Assembly (NCBI GenBank): GCA_016839745.1
Contig: JAEOTS010000187.1
Coordinates: 1-22,285 of the forward strand
DNA: 22,285 bases
Origin: Promethearchaeota archaeon
GTDB taxonomy: Archaea; Asgardarchaeota; Lokiarchaeia; Sigyniarchaeales; SOKP01
Reading direction: 5' to 3'
In this document: positions 1 to 7,704 of the stretch, piece after piece
Layout of the letters: each line of letters begins with the position of its first letter
Position numbering within the stretch: the stretch's first letter is position 1
Notes under the pieces: model-generated
What the model was told of the DNA's origin: nothing
What the model saw: only the letters and a program-made list of their open reading frames with translations
The model's database searches: none
Program-made: the position numbers and the translations under genes

Positions 1-215
1 CTATTGTTTTTGGGTTAGTTCATTATTCGACTTCGAAAAATTGGGGTCATGTAATCAGTACTCTAATATCTTCCTTCATATATTCATTTGCTATGATTCA
101 ATTGGGAATATTATATCCTTGGTTATTTCATCTATTAACGAATCTACTTGTCCTATTATTTTACCATCAACAACGGAAGAAAATTAAAAATAAAGAAAAT
201 TCAGAGAGGATGTAA
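1..215 (+). CDS. CPBP (CAAX protease/Abi/Rce1-like) intramembrane metalloprotease, C-terminal part (5' truncated by the window)
   Basis: Not in the ORF track. The frame starting at nt 3 reads IVFGLVHYSTSKNWGHVISTLISSFIYSFAMIQLGILYPWLFHLLTNLLVLLFYHQQRKKIKNKENSERM*, with stop TAA at 213-215. It has the FGxxH and HxxxN motifs of the CPBP family within hydrophobic helices. Confidence 0.8.
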   Translation, partial: IVFGLVHYSTSKNWGHVISTLISSFIYSFAMIQLGILYPWLFHLLTNLLVLLFYHQQRKKIKNKENSERM

Positions 216-331
216 GGTTAACCAATTTCCCACTATTGATATTGGAAAGGTAATTATACTTTTGACGCCTTCAGACTTTATAAATTCTTAACTTCTAATT
301 GTGAACCTAAAAAGTTATTAGTTGTTAATTA

Positions 332-339
332 TTTATAAA
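332..339 (+). promoter_or_regulatory. Putative archaeal TATA box for the 372..626 gene
   Basis: TTTATAAA ending about 33 nt upstream of the ATG at 372. The AT-rich background limits specificity. Confidence 0.4.
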
Positions 340-371
340 CACAAATATCAATTATATTTAGAGTTATTAGA

Positions 372-626
372 ATGGCTGAAGAACCTCAATTTCCACCACT
401 TCCGGATTTAGGAGAAATACTCGATCGAAAAGATCGCTTTAAACCGAAGAAAACAACAATTTTAAAGTGTAATGAATGTAAAGCTAAATATCCTCGCGAA
501 TTTAAAGCTGGGGATTATGTTTTCAAGAAGGTGAGCGATGAAAAATGTAAAGAATGCAATCGTAGTACGACTCTTATTGTCGAAGAAATTTATTCTGAAT
601 GGATTGATCCAAAGAAAGAAAAATAA
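372..626 (+). CDS. Small zinc-ribbon protein (two CxxC), conserved archaeal hypothetical
   Basis: CNEC...CKEC with the intervening REFKAGDYVFK and terminal IEEIY-like pattern (IVEEIY), typical of a small archaeal Zn-ribbon family. Pro-rich N-terminus. Confidence 0.7.
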   Translation: MAEEPQFPPLPDLGEILDRKDRFKPKKTTILKCNECKAKYPREFKAGDYVFKKVSDEKCKECNRSTTLIVEEIYSEWIDPKKEK

Positions 627-643
627 TGATTTTTAATTACTTT

Positions 644-1270
644 TTAGCTTTTTGTTCGTATTCGATTTATCCCAATATACAGGCTTCCTAAAACTAAACC
701 TACCCCTATTAAGAGACTAACGCTTAAAGCATAACCTGCAATGCCGAGGTAGTTTATGTTTAAAAAGTGATATAGATAATCACCCGTGAAGGTACCGTGT
801 ATAAAAGAAAACAATAAATAACATAGCGGGTATATTGTCCAATAGGGTAAATATTTCCACTTATACTTAATTTTCGTTTCTGTTAATAACCAATCGACAA
901 TGAATAAGATAGGGGTAAGATAGTGTAATACAATATTAGAAAACCACGCAAATCCAGTCGGATGGTAAAGTCCTTGTAACAGAATTGCAAAGAAGATGAA
1001 AGTTGTAGTTATATAGAGTGTGAAAGCCCCTTTTAATGAGCCAGATATCTTTTTGAGAGCCTCTGGTTTTTTATACCACACAATCGCGAGTATTAACCAT
1101 GCCGAAACCATAAGATTTGTTTGTATTGTGTAGTATTTAAAACCGCTTAACCATATGAAAGGTATCTCCGATTCAATAGCGCTGATAGACCAACCCGCTA
1201 CTATTGTAAACAAAGTTAGAACGACAACACAAATTCGATAAACCAGTATTATTATACTTATATTTTTCAT
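644..1270 (-). CDS. Pr6Pr / FAR-17a-AIG1-like integral membrane protein (possible lipid ester hydrolase)
   Basis: About 6 hydrophobic helices. The motifs FKYYTIQTN, VLHYLTP...DW and YLYHFLN match the Pr6Pr/FAR-17a pattern (F.Y.T.QSN, H...P, YPY.FL). Confidence 0.75.
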   Translation of the reverse strand: MKNISIIILVYRICVVVLTLFTIVAGWSISAIESEIPFIWLSGFKYYTIQTNLMVSAWLILAIVWYKKPEALKKISGSLKGAFTLYITTTFIFFAILLQGLYHPTGFAWFSNIVLHYLTPILFIVDWLLTETKIKYKWKYLPYWTIYPLCYLLFSFIHGTFTGDYLYHFLNINYLGIAGYALSVSLLIGVGLVLGSLYIGINRIRTKS

Positions 1271-1357
1271 TTTTTAATCTTTCTCAATATAAATTAATAA
1301 ATCTAAGAGACGAATAAAAATTATCTTTTACCTTTTTATACTGAAAAAAAATCATAA

Positions 1358-2350
1358 TTATTCTATTCCTAACAATTTAATAATCAAGTTTGCCATAGAA
1401 TAAGGATCGAGGCTTTTATCCATAACTAACCGCAAATACTCATCAATAGTGGGATTTGAATGAATTAAACCTTCGACTTTTTTTGAGATTTTATGTTTTA
1501 GAATTTGAAGCGTTTCGCTTTTAATTCGGTTTTTCTGGTAAATAAGAGAAACTCCAGATTCTTTTAGAAAATCTCTATGTTTATTGATAAGCTCAACTAA
1601 TTGTTCGAAGTTTTCACCTTTTATCGAATTAACTTTGATGATTTCGGGAGTCCATTTCGATTTGAGCAAGTCGTTTTCTTCGTGGGTTTCAGATTCGTAT
1701 TTATAATTCATTCTCAATTCTAACATTTGCATAACATCGGAAATCTTTTTATCGGCACCTGCTAAATCCATTTTATTTACTACAAAAATATCTGTAATTT
1801 CCATGATCCCGGCTTTTATGGCCTGAATATCATCTCCTGATCCCGGAACTAAGAGTACAATTACAGTTTGAGCAGATTTAAAGATATCTACTTCAGATTG
1901 CCCTACTCCAACGGTCTCCACAATGATTATATCGCAACCATACGCATCCAAGATTTTTACTGCATCCTCCGTTGCTCTTGCTAATCCCCCTAACTGTCCC
2001 CTATTGGCCATGCTCCGGATAAAGACATCCTTCAGCGAGAAATTATCTTTCATCCGGATCCTATCACCTAATATTGCACCACCAGTTATAGGGCTGGTTG
2101 GATCGACACAAATAATTCCTATTTTCTTGCCTTGCTTAGCAAACAGTTTAGTTAAGGTAGAAATAAAAGTCGATTTTCCACTTCCAGGTGATCCGGTAAT
2201 GCCTAAAATATACGCATTTCCCGTGTGGCTATAGATTGCATTAATGATGTGTTCTGCGGCTTCAATATCATTTTCCACTAAGGTGATAAGCCTTGCAACC
2301 GCTCTAGAATTTCCATTTAGCAGTTTTTCAATTAAATCGGAATAATCCAT
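1358..2350 (-). CDS. meaB: Acyl-CoA mutase-associated GTPase metallochaperone MeaB/ArgK
   Basis: GITGSPGSGKST P-loop, VDPTSPITGGAILGDRIRM, FIRSMANRGQLGGL, ETVGVGQSE, GDDIQAIKAGIME and VNKMD. Lies 6 nt downstream of the B12-binding subunit gene. Confidence 0.95.
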   Translation of the reverse strand: MDYSDLIEKLLNGNSRAVARLITLVENDIEAAEHIINAIYSHTGNAYILGITGSPGSGKSTFISTLTKLFAKQGKKIGIICVDPTSPITGGAILGDRIRMKDNFSLKDVFIRSMANRGQLGGLARATEDAVKILDAYGCDIIIVETVGVGQSEVDIFKSAQTVIVLLVPGSGDDIQAIKAGIMEITDIFVVNKMDLAGADKKISDVMQMLELRMNYKYESETHEENDLLKSKWTPEIIKVNSIKGENFEQLVELINKHRDFLKESGVSLIYQKNRIKSETLQILKHKISKKVEGLIHSNPTIDEYLRLVMDKSLDPYSMANLIIKLLGIE

Positions 2351-2356
2351 CGTACG

Positions 2357-2758
2357 CTATCTTTTCAAATTGTTTTTAACAAATTCTACTATTGTTTTTA
2401 GCTCTGTACCCGGCCCGTAAAACCCTTTTAATCCGTGTTCTTCTAAAAAAGGTTTGTCTTCGTCGGGTATGATGCCACCCACACTGACAAGAACGTCGTC
2501 AATTTCGTTTTCCTTGAGTTTATCCATGATAACAGGACACAACGCTTTATGAGAACCAGATAACATGCTTAACATAACAGCATCTGGATCTTCTTGAAGA
2601 ACAGTCTGAACTATCATGTCCGGAGTTTGATGGAGTCCCGTATAAATAACCTCCATACCCGCATCTCTCAACGCTCGAGCAAGGACCTTCGCACCCCTGT
2701 CATGCCCATCTAATCCTGGTTTACACACTAATACTTTTATCTTTCTATTCTCTGTCAT
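2357..2758 (-). CDS. Acyl-CoA mutase small subunit, cobalamin-binding domain (IcmB/McmB-like)
   Basis: KPGLDGHDRG (DxHxxG base-off/His-on motif), SMLSGSH, GGIIP and FYGPGT. Confidence 0.95.
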   Translation of the reverse strand: MTENRKIKVLVCKPGLDGHDRGAKVLARALRDAGMEVIYTGLHQTPDMIVQTVLQEDPDAVMLSMLSGSHKALCPVIMDKLKENEIDDVLVSVGGIIPDEDKPFLEEHGLKGFYGPGTELKTIVEFVKNNLKR

Positions 2759-2772
2759 AATAATAACCTAAT

Positions 2773-4407
2773 TTAAAATATTGAATCTTCTCTATATTCT
2801 CCAAACACTTCCTTAAGAGCAGACATTACTTCCCCTATCGATGCATATTCTCTTATAGCATCCATTATATATGGCATTAAATTTTCAGTGCCCTTCGCAG
2901 CTTTTTTTAACTCTTTCAATTTCTTTAAAACGCTTTCATTATTCCTTTGGTCTCTAACATGTTGTAAAATCTCAATTTGTTCTTCAGCAACTTTTTCATC
3001 AATTTTTAATAAAGGAGTGGCGCAAGGTTCTCTTAATTGAAAATCATTTACTCCAACGATGATTCGATCCTTACTCTCAATTTCTCGTTGGTATTTGTAT
3101 GAGGAGTTTGCAATTTCTTTTTGGAAAAAGTTAGCTTTAATAGCAGGGATTACGCCACCTAACGCTTCTATCTTTTCGAAGTAATTTTCAGCTTCTTCTT
3201 CCATCTTATTCGTAAGCCATTCAACATAATACGAGCCAGCGAGTGGATCAACCGTATCCGCAACTCCTGATTCGTTAGCAATAATCTGTTGAGTTCGTAA
3301 AGCTATTTTTGCTGCTTTTTCAGTAGGCAAGCATAAAGCCTCATCAAAAGAGTTTGTATGAAGCGATTGAGTCCCTCCTAAAACAGCAGCTAAACCTTGT
3401 ATTGTAACTCTAGCTATATTGTTTTCTGGTTCTTGAGCACTTAACGATACGCCCGCAGTTTGAGTATGAAAGCGTAACCTCATGGATTCTTTCTTTTCTG
3501 CTCCGTATTTGTTTTTCAATCGTTTAGCCCATATGCGTCGAGCTGCGCGATACTTACAAACTTCTTCAAAAAAATCATTGTGAGAATTAAAGAAGAAGGA
3601 AAGTCTGGGAGCAAAATCGTCCACATCTAAACCTCGTTCCATCGCAGCTTCAACATAAGCAAAACCATCGGCTAAAGTAAAAGCGAGCTCTTGAACTGCT
3701 GTAGAACCAGCCTCCCGGATGTGATAACCCGATATAGAAATTGTGTACCATTGGGGAATATTTTTAATGCAGTATTCAATTGTGTCAATAATTAAACGCA
3801 TGGAGGGTTCAGGTGGAAAAACCCAGGACTTTTGGGCTATATATTCCTTAAGAATATCATTTTGAATTGTCCCTCTTAGTTTATCAGCGGAATGTCCTTG
3901 TTTTTCGGCTGTCACTACGTACATTGCTAATAATATAGATGCTGGAGCGTTTATCGTCATTGAAGTAGAAATTTTTGACAAATCGATACCACTAAACAAA
4001 CTTTCCATGTCCTTTAATGTATCGATTGAGACACCTTCCTTTCCAACCTCGCCCAAAGCTTTTTCGTCGTCAGCCTCGTAACCATAAATAGTATGTAAAC
4101 TAAATGCTACGCTTAAACCTGTTGTTCCATGCTCCAACAAAAATTTATACCTTTGATTAGTTTGCGCTGCAGTACCAAATCCAGCAAATTGTCTCATTGT
4201 CCATAAACGACCTCGATACATGTTAGGATAAGCCCCGCGAGTAAAAGGGTATTCTCCAGGTTCCCCTAAATCCGTACTGTACTTATTATCTTTAATGTCT
4301 TCAGGGGTATAGAGCGATTTTATCTCAATACCCGAAAGGTTCTCAAATTTCTCTCGTCTTTCGCTCTTAGTCGGTTTTAAGGTTTTACTTTCATCAATTT
4401 CAGTCAT
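2773..4407 (-). CDS. Adenosylcobalamin-dependent acyl-CoA mutase large (substrate-binding) subunit; methylmalonyl-CoA mutase family, isobutyryl-CoA mutase-type signature
   Basis: PGEYPFTRG, WTMRQFAGFG, GTIQNDILKEY, ISISGYHIREAG, PRLSFFF, RFHTQTAG, GGTQSLHTNSFDEA and DPLAGSY. Specificity positions are F74 and Q192. Confidence 0.95.
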   Translation of the reverse strand: MTEIDESKTLKPTKSERREKFENLSGIEIKSLYTPEDIKDNKYSTDLGEPGEYPFTRGAYPNMYRGRLWTMRQFAGFGTAAQTNQRYKFLLEHGTTGLSVAFSLHTIYGYEADDEKALGEVGKEGVSIDTLKDMESLFSGIDLSKISTSMTINAPASILLAMYVVTAEKQGHSADKLRGTIQNDILKEYIAQKSWVFPPEPSMRLIIDTIEYCIKNIPQWYTISISGYHIREAGSTAVQELAFTLADGFAYVEAAMERGLDVDDFAPRLSFFFNSHNDFFEEVCKYRAARRIWAKRLKNKYGAEKKESMRLRFHTQTAGVSLSAQEPENNIARVTIQGLAAVLGGTQSLHTNSFDEALCLPTEKAAKIALRTQQIIANESGVADTVDPLAGSYYVEWLTNKMEEEAENYFEKIEALGGVIPAIKANFFQKEIANSSYKYQREIESKDRIIVGVNDFQLREPCATPLLKIDEKVAEEQIEILQHVRDQRNNESVLKKLKELKKAAKGTENLMPYIMDAIREYASIGEVMSALKEVFGEYREDSIF

Positions 4408-4615
4408 AATTTTATCCTTCCTTTAGGAATGAACACCAGATTATGTAAATAATAACTTGATTTTTCCTAATTCTTGATAGGAATCTAAATATATTAACTT
4501 TTTTCATAATATCTCTTAAAATAGAATTTAGTATAGTGTTTCTCCAAAATCGGTAAAATTTCAGTTAAAATTAGATTTCGTATAGAACTTATATTAAAAT
4601 CTTATTTGAAAGAAG

Positions 4616-5752
4616 CTACAGACTTTTGTAAGCATCATTTATTGCTGAACAACCGCCACATCGTACGCACCCAGCTTTACTTTTTAAAGGATTTACTCCG
4701 TATGCTTTCATTAATTTAGCTGCTTTACTATAAATATCTACCATTATGTTAGGATTTGTGACGGGTAAATTATTTATCCCTGGTATAGATCTTACCGGTG
4801 TAATATACGGTATCACACCTAAAGAAATTACTTCTTCGACTCCTAAGATAAAGTCATCCGATGTTTCGCCAAAACCAGTTAAAAGATAGGTAGAAACCTG
4901 ATTTTTACCGAAAACTTCAAGTGCGTGCTTCCAGTTTTTTTCATATAACTCATAAGTAATACGAGATTTACCAGGAGTAATTATATCCCTAATGTGTTGA
5001 TCGAGAACTTCAAGATGGATTCCGATGGTATCCGCACCAGCATTTCTTAAATCGTCTATATAAGATAATTCTTCTAGTGGTTCGATTTGTACGTGTAAAG
5101 GAAGGTTTGGGTAATTATTTTTAACCCCTTTTAAAAGTTCGATGTATCGCTTAGCACCTTTGTCTTTTGTTTCGTCGGTTCCGCTCGTTAAAGTCATGTG
5201 GTTACATCTCCCCTCTTTTTTCGCTGCCGCGATTACCTCGGACATTTGAGTATAGTTCTTTTCTTCTATAGTTGCCTCATTCTCTAAACTTAACTCGATA
5301 CCACAAAATTTACACCCTTCACCGCATCCATGATAAACACATTTTTGATAAATAGTACTTGATAAGCAGTCTATACCATGGACCAATGCAATTTTCTTCA
5401 TCAGGATACCGTCGGAGGTTTTGTATTCAGGGCTGTAAAAAAGCGGGTTTTGAACCAATTTCAATTTACTATGCTCAATTTTATTATTAGTATCATATAT
5501 CTCAAAATATCCATTAATATTTTCTTTTATTACGAGGTTTGATTTTTGAGGGTCGTTCCAAAGAGCTGCGTTTACGATAGTTCGGTTTTCAAAAAGGAAA
5601 TACCTCCCTCCTGATGGTCCAGCACCTCCTTTACGACCGTACGATATCTCGATCCCCTGATTTCTATAGTGATCAAGTAAATTTTCATCTAAATATAATC
5701 CCTTACACAATATCTCCGTTTTCTTTACAAAAGCAGTATAGTTATCGAGCAT
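4616..5752 (-). CDS. Radical SAM protein, MSMEG_0568/NitD-like (biotin-synthase-related)
   Basis: RKGGAGPS N-terminal motif, KIALVHGIDCLSST, CVYHGCGEGCKFC cluster motif, LTSGT, STYLLTGFGE and C-terminal AGCVRCGGCS (CxxCxxC), all characteristic of this family. Confidence 0.85.
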   Translation of the reverse strand: MLDNYTAFVKKTEILCKGLYLDENLLDHYRNQGIEISYGRKGGAGPSGGRYFLFENRTIVNAALWNDPQKSNLVIKENINGYFEIYDTNNKIEHSKLKLVQNPLFYSPEYKTSDGILMKKIALVHGIDCLSSTIYQKCVYHGCGEGCKFCGIELSLENEATIEEKNYTQMSEVIAAAKKEGRCNHMTLTSGTDETKDKGAKRYIELLKGVKNNYPNLPLHVQIEPLEELSYIDDLRNAGADTIGIHLEVLDQHIRDIITPGKSRITYELYEKNWKHALEVFGKNQVSTYLLTGFGETSDDFILGVEEVISLGVIPYITPVRSIPGINNLPVTNPNIMVDIYSKAAKLMKAYGVNPLKSKAGCVRCGGCSAINDAYKSL

Positions 5753-5822
5753 AATACTATTTTTTGCTGCTAAAAATGTAATTTTAATAAAATTTTTTAA
5801 CTATTCTTCATAGATTGAATTT

Positions 5823-5838
5823 AATAACCTTTTATAAT
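5823..5838 (+). promoter_or_regulatory. Putative BRE/TATA promoter of the uL16 gene
   Basis: AATAACCTTTTATAAT about 50 nt upstream of the ATG at 5887, in the divergent intergenic region. Confidence 0.45.
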
Positions 5839-5886
5839 TTTATTTCTTATTGATTGTAAATGGTATGCTAATAAAGTGATTTAGAT

Positions 5887-6513
5887 ATGGCTCATAAAAG
5901 ACCGTGGCACTGTTACTCTAAGTGGACTAGAAGACCTTACCAACATAAGCGTAGTGCTAATCATAGGAGAGAGTATGCTCGAGGAGGGGCCCAAAGTAAA
6001 ATAGTTCGCTTCTGGGGCGGAAACAAGGAGGTTCCTTGGGAAGATTGGGAAATAGTAGCGGGATTAAAGGTAGATTCGCAAATTCAAATCTCGTCTAATA
6101 CGCTTGAAGCAATCCGTATTACAGTAAACGGTGCCTTACAAAAGTACTTAGGTAGGGCAAATTATCGTTTTCGAGTAAGACCAAAACCTTTCCAGAAATA
6201 TAGAGAAAATAGAATGTTGGCGTTCGCAGGGGCTGACCGTGTACAATCAGGAATGAGGAATTCTTTTGGTAGATCAACAGGAGTATGTGCCCGAGTGCGG
6301 GCAGGAGCAATTATTTGTGATGTTGGGACTAGCTTGAAAAACCTGCCCATCGTAAGAGATAGATTAAGGGTTGCTTCTATGAAAATCTCTAGTCACTGTT
6401 CAATTGTTGTTCTTAAATACAAGACACCCGAAATATTTAAACAATCCGGATTACCTCTCTATGACGATAAAAAGCGACGAGAAGTCCCAATGTTCGAGTT
6501 TGCTGTTGCTTAA
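5887..6513 (+). CDS. rpl10e: 50S ribosomal protein uL16 (L10e/L16, archaeal-eukaryotic type)
   Basis: QISSNTLEAIR, YRFRVRPKPFQKYRENRMLAFAGADRVQSGMRNSFG and ARVRAG match the L10e signature RENKM...AGADR.Q.GMR..FG. Confidence 0.95.
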   Translation: MAHKRPWHCYSKWTRRPYQHKRSANHRREYARGGAQSKIVRFWGGNKEVPWEDWEIVAGLKVDSQIQISSNTLEAIRITVNGALQKYLGRANYRFRVRPKPFQKYRENRMLAFAGADRVQSGMRNSFGRSTGVCARVRAGAIICDVGTSLKNLPIVRDRLRVASMKISSHCSIVVLKYKTPEIFKQSGLPLYDDKKRREVPMFEFAVA

Positions 6514-6609
6514 ATCGCTCTAAAATCAAGTCTTATATATTTAATTTTATTATCTTATCATTTTATCACCAAAGATATTCTGTTACAAAAATTATAATAT
6601 ATTCAGATT

Positions 6610-7614
6610 ATGGCTTTAAAAATAGGAATAGTAGGAGCAGGCGGTTTTGGAACTATACATCTATCGGGATTTTCCAAAAATCTAGATTGTGAATTAGTGG
6701 CGATTGCATCCAGAACCGAAGAACACGCAAAGGCAGCATCTGAGGAGTTTCATGTTCCGAAAGTATATGCTGGTAATGATAGCTGGGAACAAATGATTGA
6801 TATCGAAAAATTAGATGTTGTTAGCATCTGTACTCCTAATTACTTACACGCTCCAATAATATTAAAAGCTATCGAGAAAAATTGCCATATCTTGTGTGAG
6901 AAACCTATTGCAATTTCAAGGGAAGAATTGCACCAAATCGAATCGGAACTAGCCTCTAAGGACTTAATTTTCTTTACATCATTCCAGAAGCGATATAATC
7001 CAATTTTTAAGTTAATAAAAGGTACTATAGATGAAGGAATTCTTGGTAAAATCACTTTAGTAAGATATTATTTCAGTCATTATGGGCCTTATAAATCGTG
7101 GAAGGCTCTTTCTGAAGAAAAGTGGTTTTTTGACTCTAAAAAAGCAGGTGGAGGTGTATTATTAGATCTTGGGGTACATTGCATTGACATCTTACGATAC
7201 TTAATAGGAGAATACGATAAAGTTAACGGAATAAATTTTAGCACCTCTTGTATAAAAATGGAAGATGAGGATAATTGTAATGTTCTTTTTCAATTTAAGA
7301 ATGATGCATCAGGACTTATCAGCGTTTCTTGGTGTAGCGAACCTTCAGAAACAATAGATATCTTTGGAACAAAAGGTTTTATTAAAATAGATTTAAGTGG
7401 AAGGATTTCCCCTTCTTTTGGTCCAAAGAGCTTGAAAAGAAACAAACAAATTAAAGATCTACTAAAAGTTAAGCCACCTAGAGAATCTGCTCAAAACAAG
7501 TTAATTGATCATTTTATTAATTGTATTCTAACTAAAAAACAAGAAAGTCCTAACTTCCGTGACGGAAAAAAGGCGGTAGAATTTGTATTAGAAGCGTATT
7601 CTTTCAAGAAATAA
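6610..7614 (+). CDS. Gfo/Idh/MocA family NAD(P)-dependent oxidoreductase
   Basis: GIVGAGGFG Rossmann motif, ICTPNYLH, ILCEKP and GGGVLLDLGVHCID. Confidence 0.92.
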   Translation: MALKIGIVGAGGFGTIHLSGFSKNLDCELVAIASRTEEHAKAASEEFHVPKVYAGNDSWEQMIDIEKLDVVSICTPNYLHAPIILKAIEKNCHILCEKPIAISREELHQIESELASKDLIFFTSFQKRYNPIFKLIKGTIDEGILGKITLVRYYFSHYGPYKSWKALSEEKWFFDSKKAGGGVLLDLGVHCIDILRYLIGEYDKVNGINFSTSCIKMEDEDNCNVLFQFKNDASGLISVSWCSEPSETIDIFGTKGFIKIDLSGRISPSFGPKSLKRNKQIKDLLKVKPPRESAQNKLIDHFINCILTKKQESPNFRDGKKAVEFVLEAYSFKK

Positions 7615-7704
7615 AGCCAAAATTTAAAAAATAAACATTAAATTTTTAACGATTATACCTCTCATATTTATTAGCAAAAATAATAGAATCATGAAGGATG
7701 TACC

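Noticed and set aside
2773-4407. Calling the large subunit a methylmalonyl-CoA mutase (mcmA/mutB)
   Set aside because: The carboxylate-binding Tyr and Arg are replaced by Phe and Gln, so no gene symbol was assigned.
4408-4615. Cobalamin riboswitch upstream of the mutase operon
   Set aside because: The region is very AT-rich with no B12-box or other conserved riboswitch elements. Only a tiny TTCCT/AGGAA hairpin is present near the RBS.
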